Part shown: in pieces, positions 17,950-28,859 of the stretch
Numbering within the stretch: position 1 is the stretch's first letter
How the letters are laid out: each line of letters starts with the position of its first letter
From: Acidiferrobacterales bacterium
GTDB taxonomy: Bacteria; Pseudomonadota; Gammaproteobacteria; Acidiferrobacterales; SPGG2
Reading direction: 5' to 3'
DNA: 64,000 bases
NCBI GenBank assembly: GCA_046760105.1
Contig: JBHIDJ010000007.1
Span: 5,111 to 69,110, forward strand
Notes under the pieces: generated by a model
Seen by the model: only the letters and a program-made list of their open reading frames with translations
Told to the model about the DNA's origin: nothing
Databases searched by the model: none
Made by a program: the position numbers and the translations under genes

Positions 17950-18804
17950 TCAGGACAGCTCTCGATGTCGAATCTGCGTCGTTATGTCCTTCTGCGCGAA
18001 GTACTCTGCAAGCCTGCGCACCATATAGACTGACCGATGTTGCCCACCGGTGCAGCCCACCGCGATCGTCATGTAGCTGCGCTGCTCGCGTTCGAAATGC
18101 GGCAGCCATTTTTCCAGGAGAGCGCAGATGTCCTGAAACATGTCATGCACGTGCTGATGCTGCTCAAGGAACTTCACGACCGGTTGTTCGAGTCCGGTGA
18201 ATTTGCGCAACTCAGATTCCCAATACGGATTGGGTAGGCACCGTATGTCAAACACGTAATCAGCATCTAAAGGTGTTCCGTGTTTGAAACCGAAGGACTC
18301 GAACAACAAAGTGAGCCCTTCAGTGTCTTCACCGCCCGCGAAGTCGTGCACCTGTTGACGCAAGTCGTATGGCGTCGTATGTGTTGTGTCAATCCGCAAG
18401 GCAGCGCCGAAAGATATCGGTTCGAGTAGCGTCTTCTCGAGACGAATGCCTTCGAGCAACGACGTTCTTTCATCCGTTAACGGGTGCTTGCGTCGGGTTT
18501 CTTTGAATCGTTTAACGAGTATGGACTCTTCTGCTTCCAGAAAAACGATTTTGTACTGAATCCCTAGGGATTTCAGCTCTTCTAGGCTCTTCGGCACATC
18601 GTCGAGGAAGGCGCGATTACGTGCATCAATGCCAAACGCCACATTTCTTAGGGTATCGCTATTCGTGCCGATGATCTGCCGCGCAACGTGCGGCAGCATC
18701 GCCACGGGCAGATTATCGATGCAATAGAAGCCCATATCTTCCAGGGCCTGGAGGGCAATACTCTTACCAGAACCGGAAAGCCCGCTGATGATGAAGAAAC
18801 TCAT
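17950..18804 (-). CDS. rapZ: RNase adapter protein RapZ
   Basis: 284 aa. P-loop ISGLSGSGKS, FYCIDNLP, and C-terminal IAVGCTGGQHRSV. Confidence 0.9.
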   Translation of the reverse strand: MSFFIISGLSGSGKSIALQALEDMGFYCIDNLPVAMLPHVARQIIGTNSDTLRNVAFGIDARNRAFLDDVPKSLEELKSLGIQYKIVFLEAEESILVKRFKETRRKHPLTDERTSLLEGIRLEKTLLEPISFGAALRIDTTHTTPYDLRQQVHDFAGGEDTEGLTLLFESFGFKHGTPLDADYVFDIRCLPNPYWESELRKFTGLEQPVVKFLEQHQHVHDMFQDICALLEKWLPHFEREQRSYMTIAVGCTGGQHRSVYMVRRLAEYFAQKDITTQIRHRELS

Positions 18805-19188
18805 CTGTGTGTCGACTTGCCAATGGTCGTTTGCTGTGTCTCCATAAACCCGTAACGTGCATCGTCGGTTCTAATGATGCTGTCGAATCAAAACCCAGCG
18901 CGATGTACAGGAACGCTTGTAGTCCCCGCTCTGAGTTCGATTGGTCCACGGCTTGGCATCGAACAGATCGTTTGTGGCCAGCTGGTAACCATGACGCCCA
19001 CAGCGGGTCAGCCGGCTCCACGGTTAGCGAGGCTGGTATAACTGGTAAGCGTATCGTGGTTGTTTTGAGCGCTCCGTGCGTTCAGTAGCGGCTCCGTAAG
19101 TCCTTATTGCTGAAGAGTGTCGCAAGTTGTGCAGTTCATGAATTCTAGTATTTCTTTATATGTTCCTTACTGATGAGTATCCTTAAGA

Positions 19189-19512
19189 TCACCTTCGACG
19201 CCCGGAGTCCTTGCCGGTGCGATGATGGTTGGTCGTGGTTTTCTCTTTATGCTTACGTATCTGTCGATCGAGTTTGTCTGCTAGGAAATCAATCGCCGCG
19301 TACATATTTTCACCTTCAGCATTCGCATGCAAGGTAGCGCCCTTGGCACGAATAGTTGCCTCCGCTTTATGTCGGTTCTTCTGAATCTGTAGGACTACGT
19401 TCGTTGTCGTGACGTGATCAAAGTGCTTCTGTATCCGCCCCAATTTCTCTGACGCATAAGCACGCAAAGGTTCTGTGATCGCGATGTGCTGGCCACTTAC
19501 CGTAATCTGCAT
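19189..19512 (-). CDS. hpf: Ribosome hibernation promoting factor (short HPF)
   Basis: 107 aa. The protein begins MQITVSGQHIAITEPLRAYASEKLGRIQKHF... and belongs to the S30AE/sigma-54 modulation family. It lies directly downstream of rpoN. Confidence 0.9.
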   Translation of the reverse strand: MQITVSGQHIAITEPLRAYASEKLGRIQKHFDHVTTTNVVLQIQKNRHKAEATIRAKGATLHANAEGENMYAAIDFLADKLDRQIRKHKEKTTTNHHRTGKDSGRRR

Positions 19513-19529
19513 GAAAGTTCTCTTCAGCC

Positions 19530-21014
19530 CTATATGATAGATTTTCTCTGGTTTGACGGCGGTATGTTCATCGATTCGCGATACTTCGCAACTGTTCGTC
19601 TGGCAACGTTTATGCCCTGCTGTTCGAGGAGCTTGGCTATCTTACTGTCGCTGATCGGTCTTGAGGGAGGTTCGTTCTCAACCAGTTTCTTTATGAGAGA
19701 GCGAATGGCGGTAGCGGAACATGTCCCTCCATCGGCAGTGCTAACGTGACTCGAGAAGAAGTACTTCAACTCGAAGATACCTCGTGGACTGAGCATATAT
19801 TTGTTTGTCGTGACACGAGAGATAGTAGACTCATGCATCTCTACGGATTCGGCGATATCATGAAGCACCAGGGGTTTCATCGCCTCCGGTCCGTGCTCAA
19901 AGAACGCGCGCTGCCGATCGACAATAGTACGGGCGACTTTAAGCAGGGTTTCGTTGCGACTGTTGAGGCTCTTGATGAACCAGCGGGCCTGCTGTAGCTG
20001 ATCCTGTAGGTACTTGTTCTCCGCACTTGTATCGCCGCGGTTTATCAGCTTTTCATATTCGCGATTAATGCGCAGTCGCGGGGCAACCTCGCCATTCATC
20101 TCTGCCCGCCAAACGCCCTTGTACTTCCGGACAATAATGTCCGGCACGATGTAGTTGGTCTGAACCGCCTGTACGCTGGCGCCCGGACGTGGGTTGAGAC
20201 TTCGTAGCAGCCGTACCGCGTGTTGCAGTTCCTCCTGGCGGATCTTCGTTTGTCGGCGAAGCCCTGAGTAATCACGATTCGCTAGCATGGCGAGATATTC
20301 TGATTTTGCTAGCTGGCGGGTCTGTTCTAGGTAAGGTGTGTTCGGATCCATAGTACGCAGCTGCAGCTGCAGACACTCGCTCAGATCCCGCGCCGCGACA
20401 CCGACTGGATCGAAGTTCTGAACCTGGTGTAGGACGGCTTCTATCTCATCCAGCTCGATCTCTTGCCCCTCGCCGAGAATCTGCTGTATCTCCTCCAGTG
20501 TACATGTTAGATAACCGTCTTCGTTTATGGAGTCGATGATAGCAAGCGCGATCTCGCGATCGGTGTCGGAGAACGGCGTCATCTGCATTTGCCAGTACAA
20601 ATGATCCCGAAGCGTCAGTGGCCGGCTATTTCGAGCGTCTATATCGGGAAGGGAGTCATCTCCGTCGCTGCGCACAGCAGCCCCCGATGGCACCTCAAAG
20701 GTATCACCCCAATCGGTATCGCTGCCTGGACCGTCATCGACGTTCGGCTGGTCCATTTCCATGTCTGTCGGTTGTAGCGCACCGCTGTCGGGCTGGCTAT
20801 TTTCGACGTCTTTATCGAACTCGCTTAGCGGTTCTTCGGTCTTCTGTTCGGCAGACTCCTCTTCCTTTTCTTCCAGTAGTGGATTGCTTTCTAACGCCTC
20901 TTGAATCTCCTGTTGCAGTTCGATGGACGAAAGCTGCAACAGCCGTATGGCCTGCTGCAGCTGTGGCGTGATCGTAAGGTGTTGACCGAGTTGCAGGTCA
21001 AGAGACTGCTTCAT
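19530..21014 (-). CDS. rpoN: RNA polymerase sigma-54 factor
   Basis: 494 aa. Region I is LQLGQHLTITPQLQQAIRLLQLS, followed by an acidic region II. The C-terminal RpoN box is ARRTVAKYRE. Confidence 0.95.
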   Translation of the reverse strand: MKQSLDLQLGQHLTITPQLQQAIRLLQLSSIELQQEIQEALESNPLLEEKEEESAEQKTEEPLSEFDKDVENSQPDSGALQPTDMEMDQPNVDDGPGSDTDWGDTFEVPSGAAVRSDGDDSLPDIDARNSRPLTLRDHLYWQMQMTPFSDTDREIALAIIDSINEDGYLTCTLEEIQQILGEGQEIELDEIEAVLHQVQNFDPVGVAARDLSECLQLQLRTMDPNTPYLEQTRQLAKSEYLAMLANRDYSGLRRQTKIRQEELQHAVRLLRSLNPRPGASVQAVQTNYIVPDIIVRKYKGVWRAEMNGEVAPRLRINREYEKLINRGDTSAENKYLQDQLQQARWFIKSLNSRNETLLKVARTIVDRQRAFFEHGPEAMKPLVLHDIAESVEMHESTISRVTTNKYMLSPRGIFELKYFFSSHVSTADGGTCSATAIRSLIKKLVENEPPSRPISDSKIAKLLEQQGINVARRTVAKYRESMNIPPSNQRKSII

Positions 21015-21208
21015 AGAGTAAGGCCCTGCTCAGCGCATGGACTTCATTCCGTCAAGAGCTGCGCCGTCAACTAGCAATATATCTTTCACGTACACTATAA
21101 CTCTAGTCTAGCCCCTTTCAGGCTTAGACGCACACGCGTGAAGAAGTTGATATAGGCCGGCACTGGGCAGTCTCAGCGGGCAGGCGAGAGCTGAGACCGT
21201 CCCCCGTT

Positions 21209-21934
21209 TCAGAGGCGAAAGTGTTCGCCCAGGTAGACCTTTCTCACGTTTTCATTGTATAGGATATCCTCGGGTGTGCCTGCTGTTAGCACCTGCCCAT
21301 CGCTGAGGATGTATGCCCGGTCGCAAATCTTGAGGGTTTCTCTGACGTTGTGGTCGGTGATGAGAATGCCGATATCGAGGCTCTGTAAGTGTCTGATTAA
21401 ATGTTGAATCTCCAGGACGGAGATGGGATCTACACCGGCGAATGGCTCATCCAGCAGCATAAAACGCGGCTCGCTGGCGAGTGCCCGTGCGATCTCCACC
21501 CGCCGGCGCTCCCCGCCGGAGAGGCTGATTCCGAGCGTGTTGCGCCGGTCGGCGATGCGCAGCTCCTGCAACAGTTCCTCCAAGCGCTGCGCGCGTTTTG
21601 CTTGCCCGATGTCTTTGCGGGTTTCCAAGATCGCCAGAATGTTTTCCTCTACCGTTAGCCTGCGGAACACCGACGGTTCCTGCGGTAGATAGCCGAGGCC
21701 AAGTCGTGCGCGCTCGTGCATTGGGAGCCCGCTGATCGGCTTGTCGTCAAGCTTTATCTCGCCGCTTTCCATCGGCACGAGGCCCACAATCATATAAAAG
21801 CAGGTGGTTTTACCTGCGCCATTGGGGCCAAGTAGACCTACTACATCGCCGGTCTTTATTTCTAGCGACACATCGCGGACGACTCGCCGTCCCTTGTACT
21901 GTTTGCTCAGGTGTTTAACAGATAACGTGCTCAC
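21209..21934 (-). CDS. lptB: LPS export ABC transporter ATPase LptB
   Basis: 241 aa. Walker [10 protein letters not shown], signature LSGGERRR, Walker [11 protein letters not shown]. It lies downstream of lptA. Confidence 0.95.
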   Translation of the reverse strand: MSTLSVKHLSKQYKGRRVVRDVSLEIKTGDVVGLLGPNGAGKTTCFYMIVGLVPMESGEIKLDDKPISGLPMHERARLGLGYLPQEPSVFRRLTVEENILAILETRKDIGQAKRAQRLEELLQELRIADRRNTLGISLSGGERRRVEIARALASEPRFMLLDEPFAGVDPISVLEIQHLIRHLQSLDIGILITDHNVRETLKICDRAYILSDGQVLTAGTPEDILYNENVRKVYLGEHFRL

Positions 21935-21952
21935 GTATCTTTGGCTGGTGAC

Positions 21953-22471
21953 CTAATTGCCGCGGGAACGCTCTTTGCGCCGGATCGATATATAGCAGCG
22001 CGTGCCGGAGCTACCACCCTGAGCCACGAAGTGTCTCGCGTCCAAGTCATAGTGCAATTGCGGGCAGCGGAGCTCGGACCCTTCTTGCTGCAACATGACG
22101 TTACCGAACAGGTCGAGTTTTCGACTCTTTACGTAATACTTTACGTGTTCTGCTTCGGCATGCATTTCTTCTTCGCGATCTTCGGGCCGGTATCTAACGT
22201 TGACGGGTTTTCCAAATGCATCGAAGGTGTCGATCTCATCATCCTTGATACGCAATTCAATCCTATCCGCCTTTAAAGAGAGCGTACCGTCGGTCAACGA
22301 TACGTCACCAGTATAAGTAGCAGTATCGGTTCTATCGTCAATTTCGATGGTACGGGCATACACTTTGATCGGTTCACCCTTATCCTGTTCTATCGCCAAC
22401 GCAGGCACAGGCACGATAAGGGAGGCAGCAAATACAACCGCGATCAGGGGATTCTTCCAATCGAGATACAT
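21953..22471 (-). CDS. lptA: LPS transport periplasmic protein LptA
   Basis: 172 aa with a signal peptide and OstA-like repeats. It sits between lptC and lptB. Confidence 0.8.
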   Translation of the reverse strand: MYLDWKNPLIAVVFAASLIVPVPALAIEQDKGEPIKVYARTIEIDDRTDTATYTGDVSLTDGTLSLKADRIELRIKDDEIDTFDAFGKPVNVRYRPEDREEEMHAEAEHVKYYVKSRKLDLFGNVMLQQEGSELRCPQLHYDLDARHFVAQGGSSGTRCYISIRRKERSRGN

Positions 22472-22524
22472 TTCGCTTTACAGCACAGTCGGATGCAACG
22501 TTATGACAGATCGAAATCGATGTA

Positions 22525-22962
22525 TCAATCCAATAACACGCGAGCCATGGTTGTAATCATTTCGGTCCGTTGACCCGACGAGTTGTTTTCACGGATGATT
22601 TTAACGTTTCCCGTCATGATTACTTCTTTTGTGGCATTGTCAAGGCGAGCAAAATCGGCCCATGTATGAACTGGCGCTCGGCCGGGGCTGTATTGCACAA
22701 GGTGGGGTTTCGTCAGACGTGCGGTATCATTATGCGGATAGTGTTGCATGCGCTCAGCCGTCAGCGTGTATTTGCGCTGCCCTTGCGCATCCATAACCGT
22801 CGCCCGAAAGTCTTCAATGTAATAGTCGGGATCCTGACTGTCTATGGTCATCATCATCGGCCGTTGTACCGTGATTGTCTGTAGAAGCCACCATGATAGG
22901 CCTGCGGCCGTCAACAGCAGTGCTGCAAGTAATGCCCTTCTCACATTCCAGCCCATAGCCAT
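22525..22962 (-). CDS. lptC: LPS export system protein LptC
   Basis: 145 aa with a single N-terminal membrane anchor (ALLAALLLTAAGLSWWLL). It sits between kdsC and lptA. It is shorter than typical LptC. Confidence 0.7.
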   Translation of the reverse strand: MAMGWNVRRALLAALLLTAAGLSWWLLQTITVQRPMMMTIDSQDPDYYIEDFRATVMDAQGQRKYTLTAERMQHYPHNDTARLTKPHLVQYSPGRAPVHTWADFARLDNATKEVIMTGNVKIIRENNSSGQRTEMITTMARVLLD

Positions 22963-22968
22963 GCGCCG

Positions 22969-23523
22969 TCAGAGGTAGCGCTGAATCTCCGCAACATATG
23001 TGCCTTGCGCGTGCATAATCACCTCGCATAGCTCACGTACCGCCCCTTGTCCGCCGCTACTTGGAGTCACCCAATGGGCGTAGTGCTTCACCAGTGTGTG
23101 GCCATCGCTGACCGCAACCGCGAGCCCCGCCTTCAGCATAATTGGCAGATCGGTTACGTCATCACCAAGAAAGGCCGCCTGCGCTGGTTCTATTCGTAGC
23201 TTGGCTAGCAGGCCTTGAAACACTGGCAGTTTGTCCTCACACCCTTGGAATACGTGCTTGATACCAAGCTCCGTCACCCTCCGTTCAACAAGCCTCGAGG
23301 TGCGACCTGTAATGATGCCGATCTCGACACCCGTGCGCTGAAGCATTTTGATTCCGTGCCCGTCACGCGAATGGAAGGCCTTGTATTCCTTTCCATCATC
23401 GTCCATCAGTAGCTTGCCGTCAGTGAGAACGCCGTCAACATCAAACACGACCACTCTTACTTTGGCCGCGAGCTCACGGACCATCGCATCGAGCTTGTAG
23501 GGTGGTGCCAGGATTTCGTGCAT
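22969..23523 (-). CDS. kdsC: 3-deoxy-D-manno-octulosonate 8-phosphate phosphatase
   Basis: 184 aa HAD-family protein with VVVFDVDGVLTDG and FLGDDVTDLP. Confidence 0.9.
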   Translation of the reverse strand: MHEILAPPYKLDAMVRELAAKVRVVVFDVDGVLTDGKLLMDDDGKEYKAFHSRDGHGIKMLQRTGVEIGIITGRTSRLVERRVTELGIKHVFQGCEDKLPVFQGLLAKLRIEPAQAAFLGDDVTDLPIMLKAGLAVAVSDGHTLVKHYAHWVTPSSGGQGAVRELCEVIMHAQGTYVAEIQRYL

Positions 23524-23942
23524 CAGACGATATTGGTTTCAGTAAATCGCACGTAATGAATGCCACAAGTGATTTCCATTCCCGCTAATGTCCGGTGTCC
23601 CAGAATGCGCAGCCACCCGAGTATATATAAATGCTGATATATATCATAAAAGGCTATCGGTTGGCCGCGGACTGCTGGCAGTATAACAGCTACTGCAGCC
23701 GTATCGGGATCACAAAGCGCGTGGTTTATGCGGTTGCAGATCACTGACCCGGAAGCGCAGTGGCCTGCAACTGAACACGGCGCCAGCGCCAGCGGTGAGT
23801 ACCCGGGGCCTGCTGACCCCGCACCACCCAAAAAGATGCCTGAACGACATGCGTGCGAGGTGGATCGTGATCGTATCTTGCGGTTCGTCTATATGCTATA
23901 AAATTGCGAATGCGCGTACAGCATGTTTGCTGTCAACTATAG

Positions 23943-24101
23943 GTTGTACAAGGGGAGAATGGCTGGAAGGTATACGACATCATGATCGAAGGCGTAAGCT
24001 TGGTGACTAATTATCGCACTATGTATGGAGAAAAAATCAAAAAGGTAGGCATCGACGCGTTAATCGCAAACTTGCGCGTCGAGCCGAAGGCGTCAAAGTG
24101 A
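23943..24101 (+). pseudogene. mlaC: 3'-terminal fragment of mlaC (phospholipid-binding periplasmic protein)
   Basis: The 52 in-frame codons VVQGENGWKVYDIMIEGVSLVTNYRTMYGEKIKKVGIDALIANLRVEPKASK carry the hallmark MlaC/Ttg2D C-terminus. TAG at 23940-23942 closes the frame upstream. The stop TGA overlaps the mlaB GTG (GTGA). Confidence 0.65.
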
Positions 24102-24400
24102 ACGCGACAGCGCTCGTAAATCAAAAAGACGGCTATGCTGAGATCCACGGTGAGCTGACTTTCGATACGGTACCCGGCCTCTGCGAGCGATCTGCCGCTA
24201 TGATGCAAGGCGATTACCCCGTGGTAACGGTTGACATGAGGCATGTTTCGAGGGCTGATAGCGCGGGACTTGCCCTAATGGTGCAATGGTTACGATTGGC
24301 GAGGGCTGCCAATCGCCAGTTGCAGTTTATCTCCGTGCCTGAACAGGTACGTCAGCTCCTTCGTGTCAGCGGGCTTGACGAGGCCTTTTCCGTTAACTGA
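24098..24400 (+). CDS. mlaB: STAS-domain protein MlaB
   Basis: 100 aa. GELTFDTVP...VTVDMRHVSRADSAGLALMVQWLRLA...LQFISVPEQVRQLLRVSGLDE is the STAS/anti-sigma-antagonist fold. It lies after the mlaC remnant. Confidence 0.7.
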   Translation: MNATALVNQKDGYAEIHGELTFDTVPGLCERSAAMMQGDYPVVTVDMRHVSRADSAGLALMVQWLRLARAANRQLQFISVPEQVRQLLRVSGLDEAFSVN

Positions 24401-24414
24401 AAGACGCGTCGAGC

Positions 24415-25338
24415 GTGTCTAACGCCATCGAAATCAGTAACGTTGATAAGCATTTTCCCGGTGTACACGCGCTCAAGGGTATCAGTTTTTCTATCGGACG
24501 CGGCGAATTCTTCGGTCTGCTGGGGCCGAACGGCGCGGGCAAATCGACTTTAATAAATATCATCGCCGGTCTCACGCGCGCAGATTCCGGGATAGTATCG
24601 GTACTCGGGTACGACGTGGTCAGGCAATATCGCTTTTCGCGACAACGCCTGGGAGTGGTCCCGCAAGAGCTGGTTTTCGATCCATTTTTTACTGTTCGCG
24701 AAGTGCTGCAAATCCAGTCCGGTTACTTTGGCCTGGGTCATGACAATGACGCGTGGATAAACGAACTACTGGATGCGCTGGACTTGATGGGTAAGGTGAC
24801 GGCCAATATGCGCTCGTTGTCTGGCGGTATGAAGCGACGGGTTTTGATCGCACAAGCGCTTGTTCACAAACCGGAGGTCGTTGTTCTGGATGAACCTACT
24901 GCCGGTGTCGACTTAGCTCTGCGCAAGGCGCTGTGGGATTTCATCCGCCGCCTGCATCGGGAAGGACACACGATCGTGTTAACTACCCACTACCTGGAAG
25001 AGGCGGAAGCGCTGTGTGAGCGGATTGCAATCTTGAATCACGGGAGCGTGGTTGCGCTGGACGCCACGCATAGCCTTTTGCAACGGGGTATTGGTAAAAC
25101 GATCCACGTGTGTGTTACGACAAAAGAGCCGGTAGCAATGCTCCCGCCAAACCTGCAGGTCAATCTGCGCGGCAGGGACGGCAAGCAGCTTGAATTCCGG
25201 CTGGATAGGAGCGTCGACTCCATCGGTGAATTTCTCGAAAGATTGCGCGCGGCAGGGCTGGTGATAACCGATTTGCATACGGAAGAGCCAGATCTGGAGG
25301 ACGTTTTTCTAGAGCTTACACGTGGGCGAGTGGAGTGA
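24415..25338 (+). CDS. ABC transporter ATP-binding protein (ABC-2 type)
   Basis: 307 aa. Walker A GPNGAGKST, signature LSGGMKRR, Walker B VVLDEPTAGVD. Confidence 0.85.
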   Translation: MSNAIEISNVDKHFPGVHALKGISFSIGRGEFFGLLGPNGAGKSTLINIIAGLTRADSGIVSVLGYDVVRQYRFSRQRLGVVPQELVFDPFFTVREVLQIQSGYFGLGHDNDAWINELLDALDLMGKVTANMRSLSGGMKRRVLIAQALVHKPEVVVLDEPTAGVDLALRKALWDFIRRLHREGHTIVLTTHYLEEAEALCERIAILNHGSVVALDATHSLLQRGIGKTIHVCVTTKEPVAMLPPNLQVNLRGRDGKQLEFRLDRSVDSIGEFLERLRAAGLVITDLHTEEPDLEDVFLELTRGRVE

Positions 25339-26096
25339 ATATTCGCGGCTTTTATACGCTCCTTTATAAGGAACTGTTGCGTTTCTGTAAGATATCGTTG
25401 CAGACCCTGGGGGCACCCATTGTGACGACGCTTTTGTACTTGCTGGTGTTCGCACAGGTGTTCGAAGGTCGCATCCAGGTTTTCGAAGGCGTCAGTTACA
25501 CAGCGTTCCTGGTTCCTGGGCTCGTGATGATGTCCGTCATCCAAAATGCTTTCGCGAACAGCTCATCAAGCCTGATTCAGTCAAAGGTCACCGGTAATAT
25601 CGTGTTTGTCTTGTTGACACCATTGACAAGCCTTGAATTTTTCTTGGCGTTTGTGCTGGCAGCGGTCGTACGCGGCCTGCTGGTAGGTGTGGGTGTCTAT
25701 ATCGCGTCGGTATTCTTTATTGTCTTGCCAGTGCACAGTGTTGTCTTTGTGCTGGCGTTCGCGCTGCTAGCTAGCGCCGTGCTCGGCGCCTTAGGGGTGA
25801 TCGCCGGCATCTGGGCGGACAAATTCGACCATCTTGGCGCATTTCAGAATTTCTTTATCGTACCGTTGTCGTTCCTAAGCGGGGTGTTTTACTCGATTCA
25901 TTCGCTGCCCGCATTCTGGCAGAAGCTGTCACAGTTCAATCCGTTTTTTTACATGATTGACGGGTTCCGCTACGGTTTCTTTGGAGCCTCAGATATGAAC
26001 CCGATATTCAGCCTGACAACAGTAGGGTTTTTCTTCTTGTTGCTTTCAGGGGTAAGCCTGGCCCTGCTGAAACAGGGGTACAAATTACGCAATTAG
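25335..26096 (+). CDS. ABC-2 type transporter permease
   Basis: 253 aa with about 6 hydrophobic helices. The start overlaps the ATPase stop. Confidence 0.8.
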   Translation: MNIRGFYTLLYKELLRFCKISLQTLGAPIVTTLLYLLVFAQVFEGRIQVFEGVSYTAFLVPGLVMMSVIQNAFANSSSSLIQSKVTGNIVFVLLTPLTSLEFFLAFVLAAVVRGLLVGVGVYIASVFFIVLPVHSVVFVLAFALLASAVLGALGVIAGIWADKFDHLGAFQNFFIVPLSFLSGVFYSIHSLPAFWQKLSQFNPFFYMIDGFRYGFFGASDMNPIFSLTTVGFFFLLLSGVSLALLKQGYKLRN

Positions 26097-26171
26097 CACC
26101 CCCTTTTACTGGTGGCCAGCGTAGCGTATGCTTTGTTCCCCTTGAAATTACGTGATTCGCGTCGATAATAG

Positions 26172-26432
26172 GTGTCGACGGCGATGCAACCAGATGATAT
26201 CAAGCACCTGATTGAGCAGGGCCTCGACGGCGCGCAAGCTGACGTCTCTGGCGATGGGCAACACTTCGAAGCGATCGTCGTGTCTGAGGCGTTCGCGGGT
26301 AAGACCATGGTGCAACAGCACCAATTGGTCTACCAGGCGTTGGGAGATAAAATGAAGGCCGATATTCACGCGCTGTCGCTGCGAACCTATACGCCGGAGC
26401 AGTGGGCGCAGGCACAGGTTCGTTCCGGCTGA
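26172..26432 (+). CDS. ibaG: BolA-family protein IbaG
   Basis: 86 aa. The sequence is BolA-like (...DGQHFEAIVVSEAFAGKTMVQQHQLVYQALGDKM...IHALSLRTYTPEQW). Its position just upstream of murA matches E. coli ibaG. Confidence 0.8.
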   Translation: MSTAMQPDDIKHLIEQGLDGAQADVSGDGQHFEAIVVSEAFAGKTMVQQHQLVYQALGDKMKADIHALSLRTYTPEQWAQAQVRSG

Positions 26433-26450
26433 TGCTTTGCGAGGTTTGGT

Positions 26451-26765
26451 ATGAGTGTTCAGGATAAGATCAAGGAACAAATTGCCGCAGATAAGATCGT
26501 GCTGTACATGAAGGGTACGCCAATGGCGCCGCTTTGTGGCTTTTCCGCCCGGTCAACCCAGCTCCTTGAAGCGTGTGGTGCGAAGTTTACTGCCGTCGAT
26601 GTGTTGGCGGATCCCGCGCTCCGGGAAGGGATCAAGCAGTTTTCCAGCTGGCCGACTATTCCGCAGCTTTATATCAACGGGCAGTTCGTTGGTGGGTGTG
26701 ACATCATTATGGAGCTGTTCCAGCAGGGCGAGTTGCAAAAGATGGTCGCCGACGCGCAAGGCTGA
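26451..26765 (+). CDS. grxD: Monothiol glutaredoxin (Grx4 family)
   Basis: 104 aa. CGFS active site (PLCGFSARS) and WPTIPQLYINGQFVGGCDI. Confidence 0.9.
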   Translation: MSVQDKIKEQIAADKIVLYMKGTPMAPLCGFSARSTQLLEACGAKFTAVDVLADPALREGIKQFSSWPTIPQLYINGQFVGGCDIIMELFQQGELQKMVADAQG

Positions 26766-26796
26766 GAACTTGGCAGACCCATTAGCTTTCATCATG

Positions 26797-26829
26797 AGGC
26801 TGCCTCCACGGTAGCCTTTTTCTTTTCAG
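26797..26829 (+). terminator. Rho-independent terminator after grxD
   Basis: aggctgcc-tccac-ggtagcct forms an 8-bp stem with one G-U pair, followed by ttttctttt. Confidence 0.6.
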
Positions 26830-26891
26830 TTGCCCCAGCCGCTGGCAGGCAGTGGTTAGTGAGTGAGACTGACGTGTCGTTAGGTGGCTAA

Positions 26892-28184
<1,293 letters not shown>

Positions 28185-28207
28185 CCAATTGACAAGGCCC
28201 GGAAGCC

Positions 28208-28852
28208 ATGCGGACCGCTTTGACTATCGCACTGTCGAAGGGCCGGATCCTGGAGGAAGGCCTGCCACTGTTGACGCGGGTTGGGATTGAACCCGCGGAT
28301 GATCCCGAAACGAGCCGCAAGCTTGTGCTGGATACGTCCCGGCGCGATGTCAAACTGATAGTCATTCGCGCTGCTGACGTGCCTACATATGTACAATACG
28401 GCGCTGCCGAGCTGGGGTTCGCAGGCAAGGACATGCTCATGGAGTTCGATGGTGAAGGGTTGTATGAACTGCTTGATCTGAAGATTGCACGTTGTCGTCT
28501 CGTCGTGGCTGAGCCGGATCAGCTGGCGGCGTGCGATGATCCGCGAAACTGGACGCGTCTGCGCATTGCGACGAAATATGTGAAGACGACACGTCGGCAT
28601 TTTGCAGCGAAGGGTATACAGACCGACATCATCAGACTATACGGTTCCATGGAGCTCGCACCGCTTGTCGGGCTTTCGGATCGTATTGTCGACCTGGTGC
28701 ATACAGGCCAAACGTTGAAGGCCAATGGGCTTGTAGAGGTGGAACACATTGCCGATATTAGTGCGCGCCTGGTCGCGAACAAGGCATCAGCGAAAATGAA
28801 GCATGCGGCCGTAAAGGCGCTGCTCCGACAGCTGGCCGAAGCCGTGCAGTAA
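28208..28852 (+). CDS. hisG: ATP phosphoribosyltransferase (short form)
   Basis: 214 aa. [13 protein letters not shown] ... RIATKY ... short-form HisG. It is the first gene of the contiguous his cluster. Confidence 0.9.
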   Translation: MRTALTIALSKGRILEEGLPLLTRVGIEPADDPETSRKLVLDTSRRDVKLIVIRAADVPTYVQYGAAELGFAGKDMLMEFDGEGLYELLDLKIARCRLVVAEPDQLAACDDPRNWTRLRIATKYVKTTRRHFAAKGIQTDIIRLYGSMELAPLVGLSDRIVDLVHTGQTLKANGLVEVEHIADISARLVANKASAKMKHAAVKALLRQLAEAVQ

Positions 28853-28859
28853 ACGTTTT

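Noticed and set aside
21170-21197. Hairpin GTCTCAGC/GCTGAGAC in the 194-bp lptB-rpoN spacer, as a terminator
   Set aside because: The stem is 8 bp with a 12-nt loop and no U-tract on the minus (sense) strand. rpoN is normally co-transcribed with lptB, so there is insufficient evidence for any function.
23523-23831. 102-codon minus-strand ORF upstream of kdsC, as a functional gene
   Set aside because: It has no recognisable SIS/CBS or other motif and contains an AT-rich promoter-like stretch. It overlaps plus-strand scraps resembling mlaC. I kept it only as a possible kdsD 3' relic because its stop overlaps the kdsC start (TGATG).
28185-28207. his operon leader or attenuator
   Set aside because: hisG starts 23 nt after murA. 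There is no room for a leader peptide or attenuator, so none is claimed.
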